Assembly: GCA_043826455.1 (NCBI GenBank)
Contig: JBDRQD010000055.1
Location: 19,380-83,379, forward strand
DNA from: Candidatus Bathyarchaeota archaeon
GTDB taxonomy: Archaea; Thermoproteota; Bathyarchaeia; TCS64
Direction: 5' to 3'
Length of the DNA stretch: 64,000 bases
Shown here: positions 1 through 9,911 of the stretch, piece by piece
Numbering within the stretch: position 1 is the stretch's first letter
How the letters are laid out: the number at the start of each line of letters is the position of its first letter
Notes under the pieces: generated by a model
The model's database searches: none
Seen by the model: only the letters and a program-made list of their open reading frames with translations
Told to the model about the DNA's origin: nothing
Program-made: the position numbers and the translations under genes

Positions 1-1
1 C

Positions 2-1927
2 TCGGGGGACCTCGCCGACGCGGCGGGCATCGAGCTGAACCGCTACGGGTTCGCCAAGACCAGCCTATTCAAGCCCCTGGAGACCACGAGGCCCGGCGTC
101 TACGTGGCCGGGGCCTTCCATGGCCCCAAGGACATCCCGGACAGCGTGGCCCAGGCAAGCGGTGCGGCCGCCAAGGCCGCCAGGCTCATCGCGCCGGAGC
201 GGGGCAAGCTCATCACCAAGGTGGAGTACCCCGCCGAGAAGCCTGTGGTGGGGGAGGAGCCCCGCGTCGGCGTCTTCGTGTGCCACTGCGGTATCAACAT
301 CGGCGGCGTCGTGGGTGTCAACGAGGTGGTGGAGTACGCCAGGACGCTGCCCAACGTTGTCTACGCGGAGCAGAACCTGTACACGTGCAGCCAGGACACC
401 CAGGACAAGATCAGGGAGACCATCAAGGAGCACAACCTCAACCGCGTGATAGTCGCCAGTTGCACCCCTCGAACCCACGAACCACTGTTCAGGGCGACCC
501 TGAAGGAAGCTGGGCTGAACGAGTACCTCTTCGAGATGGCTAACATCAGGGACCAGTGCAGCTGGGTCCACATGCACGAGCATGACAAGGCTACTCAGAA
601 GAGCAAGGACCTTGTGCGCATGGCTGTGGCCAAGGCGCGGCTCCTGGAGCCCCTGGAGAAGCCGGTCATCAAGACCACGCCCGTGGCCCTCGTCATAGGT
701 GGCGGCCTCACCGGCATGACCAGCGCCTTGGAGATAGCGGATCAGGGCTACCAGGTGCACCTCGTGGAGAAAACCGGCGAGCTGGGAGGCAACCTACGGA
801 ATATAAAGTTCGTGCCCACCGGCGAGGACCCCGAGAAGGAACTAAAAGCGCTGATCAAGAGGGTCAGCAAGCACAAGAAGATCAGTGTCCACCTGAACAC
901 TCAGGTGGCCGACGCCCACGGCTACATAGGCAACTTCGAGTCCACCCTGGTGAGCTCGGAGGCTGAGACCGTGGTGAACCACGGCGTGGCCATCTTGGCA
1001 ACGGGCGGCGTCGAGTACAAGCCCAAGGAGTACATGTACGGGGCGCCGGGCGTCATGACCCAGTTTGAGCTGGAGTCTAGGCTCCACGAGGGCTACAGGC
1101 CGGGCTCCGTGGTCATGATCCAGTGCGTGGGCTCCAGGTGCGAGGAACGCACCTACTGCTCAAGGGTGTGCTGCACGGGCGCCGTGACCAACGCGTTAAA
1201 GATCAAGGAAGTAAACCCGGACGCCGATGTTTACGTGCTCTACAAGGACATGAGGACCTACGGGTTCAAGGAGGACTACTATCGGGCGGCGGCGGATAAG
1301 GGCGTCGTCTTCATCAGGTACACGGACGAGGACAAACCGGTTGTCGAGGCCAAGGGCGGCCTCACCGTCACGGTTACCGACCCTGTGCTGAATGAGAAGG
1401 TGGAGCTGCCCGCGGACGCCGTGGTGCTGGCTGCAGCCGTGCTGCCTCAGGAGGACAACGGTAAGCTAGCGGGTATCTACAAGGTGCCCCTCAGCAAGGA
1501 TGGGTTCTTCCTGGAGGCCCACATGAAGCTGAGGCCCCTGGACTTCGCCACGGACGGCGTCTTCCTGGCCGGCCTGGCCCACGGACCCAAAACCGTGGAC
1601 GAGTGCATCAGCCAGGCGTCCGGTGCGGCCGCCAGGGCGTTAACCATCCTCAGCCAGCCCACCATCGAGGTGGAGGGCGCCATCGCCAATGTGGACGAGG
1701 ACAGGTGCAGCGGCTGCAGGATGTGCGAGAACGTCTGCGAGTTCAAGGCCATTGAGATGGTGGAAGAAGAGGACGGCAAGGTCCACAGCCACGTCATACC
1801 CGAGGTCTGCAAGGGCTGCGGCGTATGCGTGGCCACGTGCCCGTCGGGCGCCATCACGGCCGGCCACTTCACGGACCCGGAGATACTTAGCCAGGTCCGA
1901 GCCGCCCTGCAGGAGGTGAAGGCATGA
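2..1927 (+). CDS. hdrA: Heterodisulfide reductase subunit A-like flavoprotein, tandem/long form, 5'-truncated by window edge
   Basis: Frame is open from nt 2. End of one HdrA unit (GAFHGPKDIPDSV) is followed by a full second unit: GVFVCHCG, ASCTPRTHE, NIRDQCSWVH, GGGLTG FAD motif, CSRVCC, C-terminal 2x[4Fe-4S]. Confidence 0.93.
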   Translation, partial: SGDLADAAGIELNRYGFAKTSLFKPLETTRPGVYVAGAFHGPKDIPDSVAQASGAAAKAARLIAPERGKLITKVEYPAEKPVVGEEPRVGVFVCHCGINIGGVVGVNEVVEYARTLPNVVYAEQNLYTCSQDTQDKIRETIKEHNLNRVIVASCTPRTHEPLFRATLKEAGLNEYLFEMANIRDQCSWVHMHEHDKATQKSKDLVRMAVAKARLLEPLEKPVIKTTPVALVIGGGLTGMTSALEIADQGYQVHLVEKTGELGGNLRNIKFVPTGEDPEKELKALIKRVSKHKKISVHLNTQVADAHGYIGNFESTLVSSEAETVVNHGVAILATGGVEYKPKEYMYGAPGVMTQFELESRLHEGYRPGSVVMIQCVGSRCEERTYCSRVCCTGAVTNALKIKEVNPDADVYVLYKDMRTYGFKEDYYRAAADKGVVFIRYTDEDKPVVEAKGGLTVTVTDPVLNEKVELPADAVVLAAAVLPQEDNGKLAGIYKVPLSKDGFFLEAHMKLRPLDFATDGVFLAGLAHGPKTVDECISQASGAAARALTILSQPTIEVEGAIANVDEDRCSGCRMCENVCEFKAIEMVEEEDGKVHSHVIPEVCKGCGVCVATCPSGAITAGHFTDPEILSQVRAALQEVKA

Positions 1928-2355
1928 GCTACGAGCCCAAGATAGTCGGATTTCTATGTAACTGGTGCAGCTACGCCGGCGCTGATCTTGCCGGCGTTAG
2001 CAGGTTCCAGTACCCCACAAACCTGAGGGTCATCAGGGTCATGTGCAGCGGCAGGGTTCACCCCGCCCACATCCTGGAAGCGTTCAAGAATGGAGCAGAT
2101 GGCGTGCTGGTTGCCGGGTGCCACCCGCCCAACGACTGCCACTACATCTCAGGAAACCTGAAGGCCAAGAGACGCGTCGCCATGCTGAAGAAGCTCATGG
2201 ACCAAATGGGCATGGACCCGGAGCGGCTCCGGCTGGAGTGGGTGAGCGCCGCCGAGGGCGAAAAGTTCGCCAGGCTGGTCACCGAGTTCACCAACATGCT
2301 GAAGGATAAGGGGCCATGCCAGTTGAAGGCTGTACTCGCACAGGAGGCCGACTAG
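1924..2355 (+). CDS. mvhD: Methyl-viologen-reducing hydrogenase delta subunit ([2Fe-2S])
   Basis: FLCNWCSYAGAD, RVMCSGRV, GCHPPNDCHY, WVSAAEG motifs; overlaps the hdrA stop. Confidence 0.95.
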   Translation: MSYEPKIVGFLCNWCSYAGADLAGVSRFQYPTNLRVIRVMCSGRVHPAHILEAFKNGADGVLVAGCHPPNDCHYISGNLKAKRRVAMLKKLMDQMGMDPERLRLEWVSAAEGEKFARLVTEFTNMLKDKGPCQLKAVLAQEAD

Positions 2356-2356
2356 G

Positions 2357-2863
2357 ATGACCATCAAGGTAACAGAGGAAGCCAAGGAGTTCAGGAAACG
2401 GGTTCTGGAGACCCCCGGCGCTGAGAAGATCATGCACTGCTACCAGTGCGGAACCTGCACAGCCGACTGCCCCATAGCCAAACGAGTGAAGGAGTTCAGG
2501 CCCAGGCAGATAGCCCGGCTGGTCATGTACGGCCAGAAGGAGAGGCTCATGGAGGGCGACCTCCTGTACCTGTGCGCGGGCTGCTACACGTGCTACGAGC
2601 ACTGCCCCCAGGAGGTCCACGTAAGCGAGATCGTCTCAGCCCTGCGCAAGATGAGCCTCAACGAGGGCCACCTGCTGCCCGGGTTCAAGGCATTGATGGA
2701 GGGCGTCGCCGAGATGGGGTACATCTACGAGATCGACGAGTTCGCCAACGAGATGAGGGAGGACGATGATCTGCCCCCGGCCCCCGAGCCCGACACGGAC
2801 GGCATAGAGGCCGTCATGAGGGCTACAGGGTTCCTAGGCAAAGTGGAGGCGAGCACACGATGA
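2357..2863 (+). CDS. hdrC: Heterodisulfide reductase subunit C
   Basis: CYQCGTCTADCP and CAGCYTCYEHCP [4Fe-4S] motifs; operon context. Confidence 0.92.
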   Translation: MTIKVTEEAKEFRKRVLETPGAEKIMHCYQCGTCTADCPIAKRVKEFRPRQIARLVMYGQKERLMEGDLLYLCAGCYTCYEHCPQEVHVSEIVSALRKMSLNEGHLLPGFKALMEGVAEMGYIYEIDEFANEMREDDDLPPAPEPDTDGIEAVMRATGFLGKVEASTR

Positions 2864-3720
2864 AGTACGCTTTCTTCGTGGGCTGCACGGTGCTCAGCAG
2901 GCTGCCCGGCTACGAGAAGTCGGCCCGGAAGTTGGCCGAGAAGCTGGGCGTCGAGCTGCTGGACATGCCCGGGTCAGGGTGCTGCGGCACCACATACCTG
3001 GAGACCCTGGACCACAAGACCGGCCTGGCCGTCGCGGCCCGCAACATCGCCATAGCCGAGGAGATGGGCCACGACATAGTCACAGTGTGCAACGGGTGCA
3101 CCGAGGTGCTCACCAAGGCCAACAAGGAGCTCAAGGAGAACCCCGAGCTGAGGGCCGAGGTGAACGAGGTTCTAGCTGAGGCGGGGAAGGAGTTCAAGGG
3201 CACCGTGGAGGTCAAACACTACGTCAGGATGTTGAAAGAGGACGTGGGCCTGGACGCCATCAAGGAGAAGGTGGAGCACAGCTTCAAGGGCTTCAAGGTG
3301 GCCAGCCACTACGGGTGCCACATGCTGAAGCCGGCCGAGATACTGATGAGCGACGACCCCGAGAACCCGACGGTGATGGATGAGCTGGTGGCCGCCACAG
3401 GTGCCGAGCCCGTGGAGTACCCCAGCAAGCTGGAGTGCTGCGCCGGCCCTGTCATGGGGGTCCGGGAGGCGGTCACCTGGAGCGTCGGCATGGACAAGGT
3501 CAAGGAGGTCCAGCAGTACGGCGACGCCCTGGTTACCGCGTGCCCCTTCTGCTACCTCACCTTCGAGCGGTGCCAGCTCATGCAGGAGAACAACCCCAAC
3601 CTGCCGGTGCTGCACATTCCCCAGCTCCTGGGCCTGGCCATGGGCCTGGACCCGGACGAGGTGGGGCTCAGCCACAACAAGGTGGGAGCTAAGGCGGTGG
3701 CCGGGAGGCTGGAGGGATAA
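2860..3720 (+). CDS. hdrB: Heterodisulfide reductase subunit B
   Basis: Two CCG domains (GC, GCCG, CNGC; HYGCH, CCAG, ACPFC). Confidence 0.93.
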   Translation: MKYAFFVGCTVLSRLPGYEKSARKLAEKLGVELLDMPGSGCCGTTYLETLDHKTGLAVAARNIAIAEEMGHDIVTVCNGCTEVLTKANKELKENPELRAEVNEVLAEAGKEFKGTVEVKHYVRMLKEDVGLDAIKEKVEHSFKGFKVASHYGCHMLKPAEILMSDDPENPTVMDELVAATGAEPVEYPSKLECCAGPVMGVREAVTWSVGMDKVKEVQQYGDALVTACPFCYLTFERCQLMQENNPNLPVLHIPQLLGLAMGLDPDEVGLSHNKVGAKAVAGRLEG

Positions 3721-3722
3721 CC

Positions 3723-4691
3723 ATGGGTAAGCTGAAGTTCGGGTTCTACTGGGCGGCCAGCTGCGGAGGCTGCGAGATCGCGGTCCTGGATGTGGACGAG
3801 GCCATACTGGAGGTGCTGGACGTGGCCGAGGTGCTGTTCTGGCCCGTGGCCATGGACATCAAGTACAAGGACGTCGAGGCCATGCCGGACGGCCACATGG
3901 ATGTCGTCTTCTTCAACGGAGCCATAAGGAACAGCGAGCAGGAGCACCTGGCCAAGCTGCTCAGGAGGAAAGCCAAGTTCGTGGTGGCCTTCGGCTCCTG
4001 CGCCTACACGGGCGGGGTCCCCGGCCTGGCTAATGTGGCTGACAGGGAAGAGGTCTTCGACAGAGCCTACCTCTCGTCACCCTCCACAGTCAACCCGGAG
4101 AACCATGTGCCCCAGACGGAGTACCAGGTGCCCGAAGGCAAGGTGCATCTCCCGGTATTCTACGACACCGTGGTGCCCCTGGACAGGGTGGTGGACGTAG
4201 ACTACTACCTGCCTGGGTGCCCACCCCCGTCGAGCCTTGTACTCAACGCGGTGAGGGCCATAGCCTCCGGTAACCTGCCCCCCAAGGGCTCCATACTGGC
4301 CCCGGAGCTGGCAGTGTGCGACGAGTGCCCACGGAAGAAGGAGGACAAACAGATCACGGAGATCAAGCGCATCGTGGACCACGTCCCGGAGCCCGAGAAG
4401 TGCCTGCTGGAGCAGGGATTCATCTGCATGGGCCCGGCCACCAGAGGCGGCTGCGAGGCCCAGTGCATCAACGCCAACATGCCTTGCACCGGCTGCGGCG
4501 GCGCGCTGCCCGGAGCAATAGAGCAGGGCTCGGCCATGATCTCTGCCCTCTCGACCATACTCGGGCTGGCGGCGGAGAAGGAGGAAGGCTTCGACTTCGA
4601 GGAGCTCCTCGCCCAGCTGAAGGACCCTGTGGGCACCTTCTACAAGTACTCGCTGGCTGACAGCATCATCAGCAGGAGGATCAAACGATGA
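3723..4691 (+). CDS. mvhG: F420-non-reducing [NiFe]-hydrogenase small subunit
   Basis: [39 protein letters not shown]. Confidence 0.93.
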   Translation: MGKLKFGFYWAASCGGCEIAVLDVDEAILEVLDVAEVLFWPVAMDIKYKDVEAMPDGHMDVVFFNGAIRNSEQEHLAKLLRRKAKFVVAFGSCAYTGGVPGLANVADREEVFDRAYLSSPSTVNPENHVPQTEYQVPEGKVHLPVFYDTVVPLDRVVDVDYYLPGCPPPSSLVLNAVRAIASGNLPPKGSILAPELAVCDECPRKKEDKQITEIKRIVDHVPEPEKCLLEQGFICMGPATRGGCEAQCINANMPCTGCGGALPGAIEQGSAMISALSTILGLAAEKEEGFDFEELLAQLKDPVGTFYKYSLADSIISRRIKR

Positions 4692-6145
4692 AGACCATAA
4701 CCATAGACCCCATCACTAGGCTGGAGGGCCACGGCAAGATAGAGATATTCCTCAACGACAGGGGAGACGTGGAGAACGCGTACCTCCAGATACCGGAGCT
4801 CCGAGGCTTCGAGCGGTTCTGCGAGGGACGCAGAGCCGAGGACATGCCCATCATCACGCCCCGCATCTGCGGCGTCTGCCCGGTGGCCCACCACTTCGCA
4901 GCCACCAAGGCCCTGGACGCCTGCTACGGCGTGGAGCCCACGGAGACGGCTAAGAAACTAAGGGAGCTAATGAACTGCGGATACTACGTATACGACCACA
5001 CCCTCCACTTCTACTTCCTCGGCGGACCCGACTTCGTGGTGGGCCCAGATGCGCCGGCTGCGGAGCGCAACATCTTCGGCGTCCTCAAGAAGGTGGGCCT
5101 GGACGTGGGCAAGGAGGTCATCAAGCACCGAGCCTACGGCCAAAGGATCACAGAGATACTAGGAGGCAAGGCCACCCACCCAACGTGTGGAGTGCCCGGC
5201 GGCATCAGCAAGGGGCTGAACGAGGAGGAGCGCCAGAGCATCGAGGACATGGCCAGGAGCAGCATCAAGTTCGCCAAGTTCACCCTCGGCGTCTTCAACG
5301 ACATAGTGCTCGCCAACCAGAACTACGTGGACCTCATCCTCAGCGACCCCTTCCAACTGGACACCTACAACATGGGCACCGTGGACAAGAACAACCACGT
5401 CAACTTCATCGACGGAGACATAAGGGTCACCGACCAGAAAGGCAGGGAGTACGTCAAGTTCGGGGACCAGGAGTACCTGGACCACATATGCGAGCACGTG
5501 GAGCCCTGGACCTACAGCAAGTTCACCTACCTCAAGAACGTGGGCTGGAACGGCTTCACGGACGGCCCCGAGAGCGGCATCTACAGGGTAGGCCCCCTGG
5601 GCAGGCTCAACGCAGCCGACGGCATGGCCACGCCCCAGGCAAACGAGGAGTACAAACGCATGTTCAAGACCCTGGGCGGGAGGCCGGTGCAATCTACTCT
5701 GGCCTTCCACTGGGCGCGCCTCGTGGAGCTCCTCTACGCAGCGGAGCGCGCACTGGAGCTAGCCAAGGACCCGGGGATCACTGACACGGACCTAAGGAAC
5801 CCGGTGGGCGAGCCCGGCGAAGGCGTAGGCATAGTCGAAGCAGCCAGAGGCACCCTGATCCACCACTACAAGCTCGACGAGGAGGGCCTCGTGAAGAAGG
5901 CCAACCTCATCGTGGCCACCACCAACAACTACGCCGACATCTGCATGAGCATCAGGGACGCAGCCAAGGGCCTGATAAAGGGCGGAAACGTCAACGACGG
6001 CCTCCTCAACATGGTGGAGATGAGCTTCAGAGCCTACGACCCCTGCTTCGGCTGCAGCACCCACGCCCTCCCCGGGCAGATGCCCCTCAGAGTCAACATA
6101 TACGACAGCGACAAGCAGCACCTAAAAACCGTGCAGAGAGGCTAA
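4688..6145 (+). CDS. mvhA: Group 3c [NiFe]-hydrogenase large subunit
   Basis: [17 protein letters not shown] (L1), DPCFGCSTH (L2) plus a cleavable C-terminal extension. Confidence 0.95.
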   Translation: MKTITIDPITRLEGHGKIEIFLNDRGDVENAYLQIPELRGFERFCEGRRAEDMPIITPRICGVCPVAHHFAATKALDACYGVEPTETAKKLRELMNCGYYVYDHTLHFYFLGGPDFVVGPDAPAAERNIFGVLKKVGLDVGKEVIKHRAYGQRITEILGGKATHPTCGVPGGISKGLNEEERQSIEDMARSSIKFAKFTLGVFNDIVLANQNYVDLILSDPFQLDTYNMGTVDKNNHVNFIDGDIRVTDQKGREYVKFGDQEYLDHICEHVEPWTYSKFTYLKNVGWNGFTDGPESGIYRVGPLGRLNAADGMATPQANEEYKRMFKTLGGRPVQSTLAFHWARLVELLYAAERALELAKDPGITDTDLRNPVGEPGEGVGIVEAARGTLIHHYKLDEEGLVKKANLIVATTNNYADICMSIRDAAKGLIKGGNVNDGLLNMVEMSFRAYDPCFGCSTHALPGQMPLRVNIYDSDKQHLKTVQRG

Positions 6146-6151
6146 CCAGGC

Positions 6152-6598
6152 TTGAGGACCCTCGTCATCGGCGTGGGCAACCTCCTCAGGTGCGACGACG
6201 GGGCCGGCGTCCACGTCGTCAACCGCCTGAAAAGTGAGGCGCCCCACATCGACGCCGAGGACGTTGCCATGGGGAGCATAGAGATCCTTGAAGCCATGAA
6301 GGGCTACGACAGAGTCATCATAGTGGACTCTGTGAAGACGGGCGCAGAGCCCGGCACAGTTTTCCTCGTCAACATAACAGGGGGCGATGAGCCCCCCGTC
6401 ATCGGGTCCAGCCACGGGGTGGACCTGGTGACCACTCTGCGCCTGGGGGCCACCCTCTTCCCCGAGGAGATGCCCGGGGAGCAGATCATCATCGGCGTCG
6501 AGGCGGGGGACATCACCACCCTGAGCGAGGAGTGCACGCCGCCCGTGGAAGCCGCTATAAATAGGGTCGTAGAAGAGATCATCTCACTCGTGGGTTAG
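6152..6598 (+). CDS. Hydrogenase maturation protease (HyaD/HybD/HycI family), probably for MvhA
   Basis: GVGNLLRCDDGAG, IVDS, SSHG motifs; immediately follows mvhA. Confidence 0.9.
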   Translation: MRTLVIGVGNLLRCDDGAGVHVVNRLKSEAPHIDAEDVAMGSIEILEAMKGYDRVIIVDSVKTGAEPGTVFLVNITGGDEPPVIGSSHGVDLVTTLRLGATLFPEEMPGEQIIIGVEAGDITTLSEECTPPVEAAINRVVEEIISLVG

Positions 6599-6601
6599 CA
6601 G

Positions 6602-7216
6602 ATGCGGTCGGCGGTGATCCTCGCGGGGGGCTCCTCCAGGCGCCTCGGATACGATAAAGGACTCAGGGCTCTGGCTGGTAAACCTCTCGTATCCTACGCC
6701 GTTGACGCCTTGAGGCCGCTTGTGGACGAGGTGATACTTGTGGTGGCCTCAGACGCCCAGCGCGGATCATACCGTGCAAGCCTCCCCGCCTCAGTCAAGA
6801 TATCGGTTGACATGTACCCGGGCGGCTCACCCCTCGTGGGCCTCATCACCGGCCTCACAGAGGCCCGCGGAGACTACGCCCTCGTCACGGGGTGCGACAT
6901 GCCCTTCATCAGCCCGGGCCCCGTGGAGCTCCTATTCAGCAGAGGTGAGGGTAGGGACGGCGCCGTCTTCCTGAAGCCCAACGGCTGGATCGAGCCGCTG
7001 CTAGCCGTCTACAGGGCGGACACGTGTCTGCCCGAGGCGCTGCGTCTCCTCAGGGCGGAGGACCTTCGCATCAGGATGGTGTTAAGAAACCTCAGGGATG
7101 TGGCGTATGTTCCCGCATCGAGCCTCGGCGTTGACCCTGAGCTGCTTTTCTTCGACGCGGACACGGAGGAGAGGCTGGCGGAGGCTGAGCGCCTAATCGT
7201 GAGCCGTAGGACTTGA
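6602..7216 (+). CDS. mobA: Molybdenum cofactor guanylyltransferase
   Basis: ILAGGSSRRLG.DKG, GCDMPF, EPLLAVY. Confidence 0.88.
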   Translation: MRSAVILAGGSSRRLGYDKGLRALAGKPLVSYAVDALRPLVDEVILVVASDAQRGSYRASLPASVKISVDMYPGGSPLVGLITGLTEARGDYALVTGCDMPFISPGPVELLFSRGEGRDGAVFLKPNGWIEPLLAVYRADTCLPEALRLLRAEDLRIRMVLRNLRDVAYVPASSLGVDPELLFFDADTEERLAEAERLIVSRRT

Positions 7217-7226
7217 TGGAGAAGTG

Positions 7227-7722
7227 TACAGGTTAATGGGTGATGTTGTGAAAACATTAACCGGGCTTTTGTAATTATAGTTTTTACTGGTATATATTTA
7301 TTGGCCGAGCCTCTAGTATTACACGTATATATAATATTACTGCAATATTTATCGAGAGGGCCCCCGTTCATACGTGCCGGTGATTAAAAGTGAACGCACC
7401 ATGGCACAATGTGGTCCAAAAGGTCCTTGATAAGGACGACTCGCCTGTGAAGAACTTCCCAGGAAACTCGGACAAAAAGTACGGATACTTGGTCCTCACG
7501 AAAAAGAAGCTGGTATTCGTTCAGGAGAAGGGGTTATTCTCTAAGAGCTATGAGGTGGTCTGGGACCTACCTTACAACGGCTTGAAGGAGTTCAAGCAGT
7601 CGGACAAGTACAAGATCGAGTTAAACGGCGGAGACAAGAAGTACATCGTCGAAACAGGCGAGCTCAACCCGAAGATAGTGCTAAACGCCATACAGGACGC
7701 GAATGGAAGCCATTAACCTGTA
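7227..7722. repeat. Perfect 13-bp inverted repeat pair TACAGGTTAATGG (7227-7239) / CCATTAACCTGTA (7710-7722) enclosing one gene and its AT-rich promoter
   Basis: Read directly; the right copy contains the TAA stop of the enclosed gene. Confidence 0.75.
7390..7716 (+). CDS. Hypothetical protein, PH/GRAM-like fold likely
   Basis: GYLVLTKKKLVF pattern typical of bacterial/archaeal PH domains; C-terminal helix. Confidence 0.6.
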   Translation: MNAPWHNVVQKVLDKDDSPVKNFPGNSDKKYGYLVLTKKKLVFVQEKGLFSKSYEVVWDLPYNGLKEFKQSDKYKIELNGGDKKYIVETGELNPKIVLNAIQDANGSH

Positions 7723-7766
7723 ACCACCTTACGGCGTCTAGATCAGCTCATCTTTTTCTCATCTGC

Positions 7767-8828
7767 TTAAAGCAAACCGGTTGCATGCTCTCTGAGACGT
7801 GTGGCCTCCGCCTCGTCGTCGAGGCCCTCGATGATGGTGACGCCCGACGCCAGTACGCTGCCCTTCACCCTGCCCCGAGTGAATGTGGTGCCCATCCTGG
7901 CCCTCACAGTCAGCTCGCAGCCGTTCTCCTCCAGGCGCCTGTTCACCTCCTCCAGGTCCAGTCCCTGGTCCTCTTCGGGGGAGAAGACGAACACCCTTCT
8001 GCCCTCCCTGCCACATATCTCCTCAGGAGAGACGTGGCCTATCGGGGCCGGCTCGCCTCTGGGAGAGGAACCGCAGACCGGACACGACTCAACCTTGGCC
8101 AGGGTGATCTTCTCCAGGGACAGGTCGCTAAGGTCGGCGAAGAGGAGCCTGTTGGCCAGGACTGGTTTCTCGCCCAGGAGCAGCTTGATGGTCTCGCTTA
8201 CCTGGACGCTGGCTATGAGGCCGATGACCGATGGGTGGACCCCCATGACGGCGCAGCTGGGGAGGCCCGCGTCGTCTATGCCTCCTTGGAAGCACTCCAG
8301 GCACGCCGTCTCCCCTGGGATGATGGTGGTGGCGTTTCCCACCTGCATTATGACGGCCCCGTGGACGAAAGGAATGCCCAGCCTCTGGGTGGCCCTGTTC
8401 AAGGCGTACCTGGCCCTCATGGAGTCCAAGGCGTCCACCACCACATCCGCCCCAGCTATGATCCTCTCGGCGTTCCCCGGGGTCACCGACAGGGGCACAG
8501 GCTCCACGTCTATGAATGGGTTGAGTTCCCTCAGCCTCCTCTCCGCGGCCTCCACCTTGGGAACCCCGATGACGTGGACCCCGTAGAGGTGCTGCCTCTG
8601 GAGGTTGGACAACTCCACTATGTCCCTGTCCACAACCCTCAGGGTGCCCACCCCCATGCTGGCCAGCTGGGTGAGGATGGGGCTTCCCAAGCCCCCCGCA
8701 CCCACGACGCACACCTTGCTCTCCCTGAGCCTCCTCTGGCCCTCAAGGCCAATTTCCTTCAATACCATCTGCCTCGAGTAGTAGTCCATCTCATTCTCGG
8801 TGAAGTCTCTGGGCGTGGGACGAGTCAT
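7767..8828 (-). CDS. MoeB/ThiF/UbaA E1-like adenylyltransferase with extra C-terminal domain
   Basis: YSRQ, GAGGLG, DRDIVELSNLQRQ, CLEC...CPVC Zn site. ATG at 8828 is preferred over the ORF-track start 8906, which abuts fdhD. Confidence 0.9.
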   Translation of the reverse strand: MTRPTPRDFTENEMDYYSRQMVLKEIGLEGQRRLRESKVCVVGAGGLGSPILTQLASMGVGTLRVVDRDIVELSNLQRQHLYGVHVIGVPKVEAAERRLRELNPFIDVEPVPLSVTPGNAERIIAGADVVVDALDSMRARYALNRATQRLGIPFVHGAVIMQVGNATTIIPGETACLECFQGGIDDAGLPSCAVMGVHPSVIGLIASVQVSETIKLLLGEKPVLANRLLFADLSDLSLEKITLAKVESCPVCGSSPRGEPAPIGHVSPEEICGREGRRVFVFSPEEDQGLDLEEVNRRLEENGCELTVRARMGTTFTRGRVKGSVLASGVTIIEGLDDEAEATRLREHATGLL

Positions 8829-8907
8829 GGGATATGAGTGGTGTCCCAGGGTTTTTATCTTAACGCCCTTTATCGAGGGTCTTTTATCGCGCTTAACGTA
8901 GCTCAAG

Positions 8908-9663
8908 GTGATCGCGTTGAGTGTTCAGGGCGTCAAAATCAGGCGAGTCTACAGCGATGGCCGGGAGGAGCACCACGACGACGTGGTGGCCAAGGATGTG
9001 CCTGTCTGTCTGTTCGTGAACGGTGAGCCGTATCGAACCCTCATCGTGTCCCCCGGTATGGTGGAGGAGCTAGCCGTGGGCCACCTCTACATTGAGGGTG
9101 TCATCTCCTCCCTGGAGGACGTGGTTGAGTTGGCTGTCAAGCCTAACCGTGTTGACGTTACCCTGGACAAGGAAATCGATCCCTTGGAGACCCAGATGGC
9201 CACCTACAGGCTGCTGACCACAGCTTGCGGCGATGCCTCTTCCGGCGGCTCCAGCCTTCAGAGGATTTCACCTGGAGTTGGCTTCGATCCCTCTCTCATC
9301 AGGACACTTGTTAAGGCCCTCAACGACCGGAGCTCAGTGTTCAAGGCGACGGGAGGCACCCATTCAGCCCTCCTACACTCTGAGTCTACGAATTTCTTCG
9401 CTGAGGACGTGGGCAGACACAACGCCCTGGACAAGGTCATAGGCGCGGGCCTCATGAAGGGCGTCGACTTCAGCGGATGCGTCCTGGGTTCAAGTGGGCG
9501 CCTGGCCGGGGAGATGGTGCTCAAGGCTGCGAGGGCGGGCATACCGGTGATCTTCAGCGTGTCGGCTCCGCTGCTGTCGGGAATAAGGGTGGCCGAGGAG
9601 GCCGGTATCACGCTCATTGGCTTCGTCAGAGGGAACCGGATGAACCTCTACACCCGGCCATAA
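8908..9663 (+). CDS. fdhD: Formate dehydrogenase accessory sulfurtransferase
   Basis: ATGGTHSA, EDVGRHNALDK, SSGR, GFVRG. Confidence 0.92.
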   Translation: MIALSVQGVKIRRVYSDGREEHHDDVVAKDVPVCLFVNGEPYRTLIVSPGMVEELAVGHLYIEGVISSLEDVVELAVKPNRVDVTLDKEIDPLETQMATYRLLTTACGDASSGGSSLQRISPGVGFDPSLIRTLVKALNDRSSVFKATGGTHSALLHSESTNFFAEDVGRHNALDKVIGAGLMKGVDFSGCVLGSSGRLAGEMVLKAARAGIPVIFSVSAPLLSGIRVAEEAGITLIGFVRGNRMNLYTRP

Positions 9664-9751
9664 TGCCAATGGAAATGTTAGGAACACGGGTTTCAGTTGG
9701 TTCCTCCGCGTTCCTCTAATACAAACCAAGGGCAGCATAAGCTGAGCCTGG

Positions 9752-9859
9752 ATGAGTCAAAAGAAAAGCAAACCAAAGAATCAACAAGATAAGTCACGTA
9801 AAAGGCTCATACTCTCCGAGAAGGACTGCCTCAAGGAGTTTTACAGGAAGATATCCTGA
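9752..9859 (+). CDS. Possible 35-aa basic small protein (MSQKKSKPKNQQDKSRKRLILSEKDCLKEFYRKIS)
   Basis: ATG-TGA ORF filling an intergenic gap; below the ORF-track cutoff. Confidence 0.3.
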   Translation: MSQKKSKPKNQQDKSRKRLILSEKDCLKEFYRKIS

Positions 9860-9911
9860 GCCCGCAGGCTGATTGAGATGGTTTAATAACGATAACCTTC
9901 TGCATACGAGT

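Noticed and set aside
1924..6145. Selenocysteine recoding in MvhD/MvhA/HdrA
   Set aside because: All relevant positions are ordinary Cys codons; no in-frame TGA
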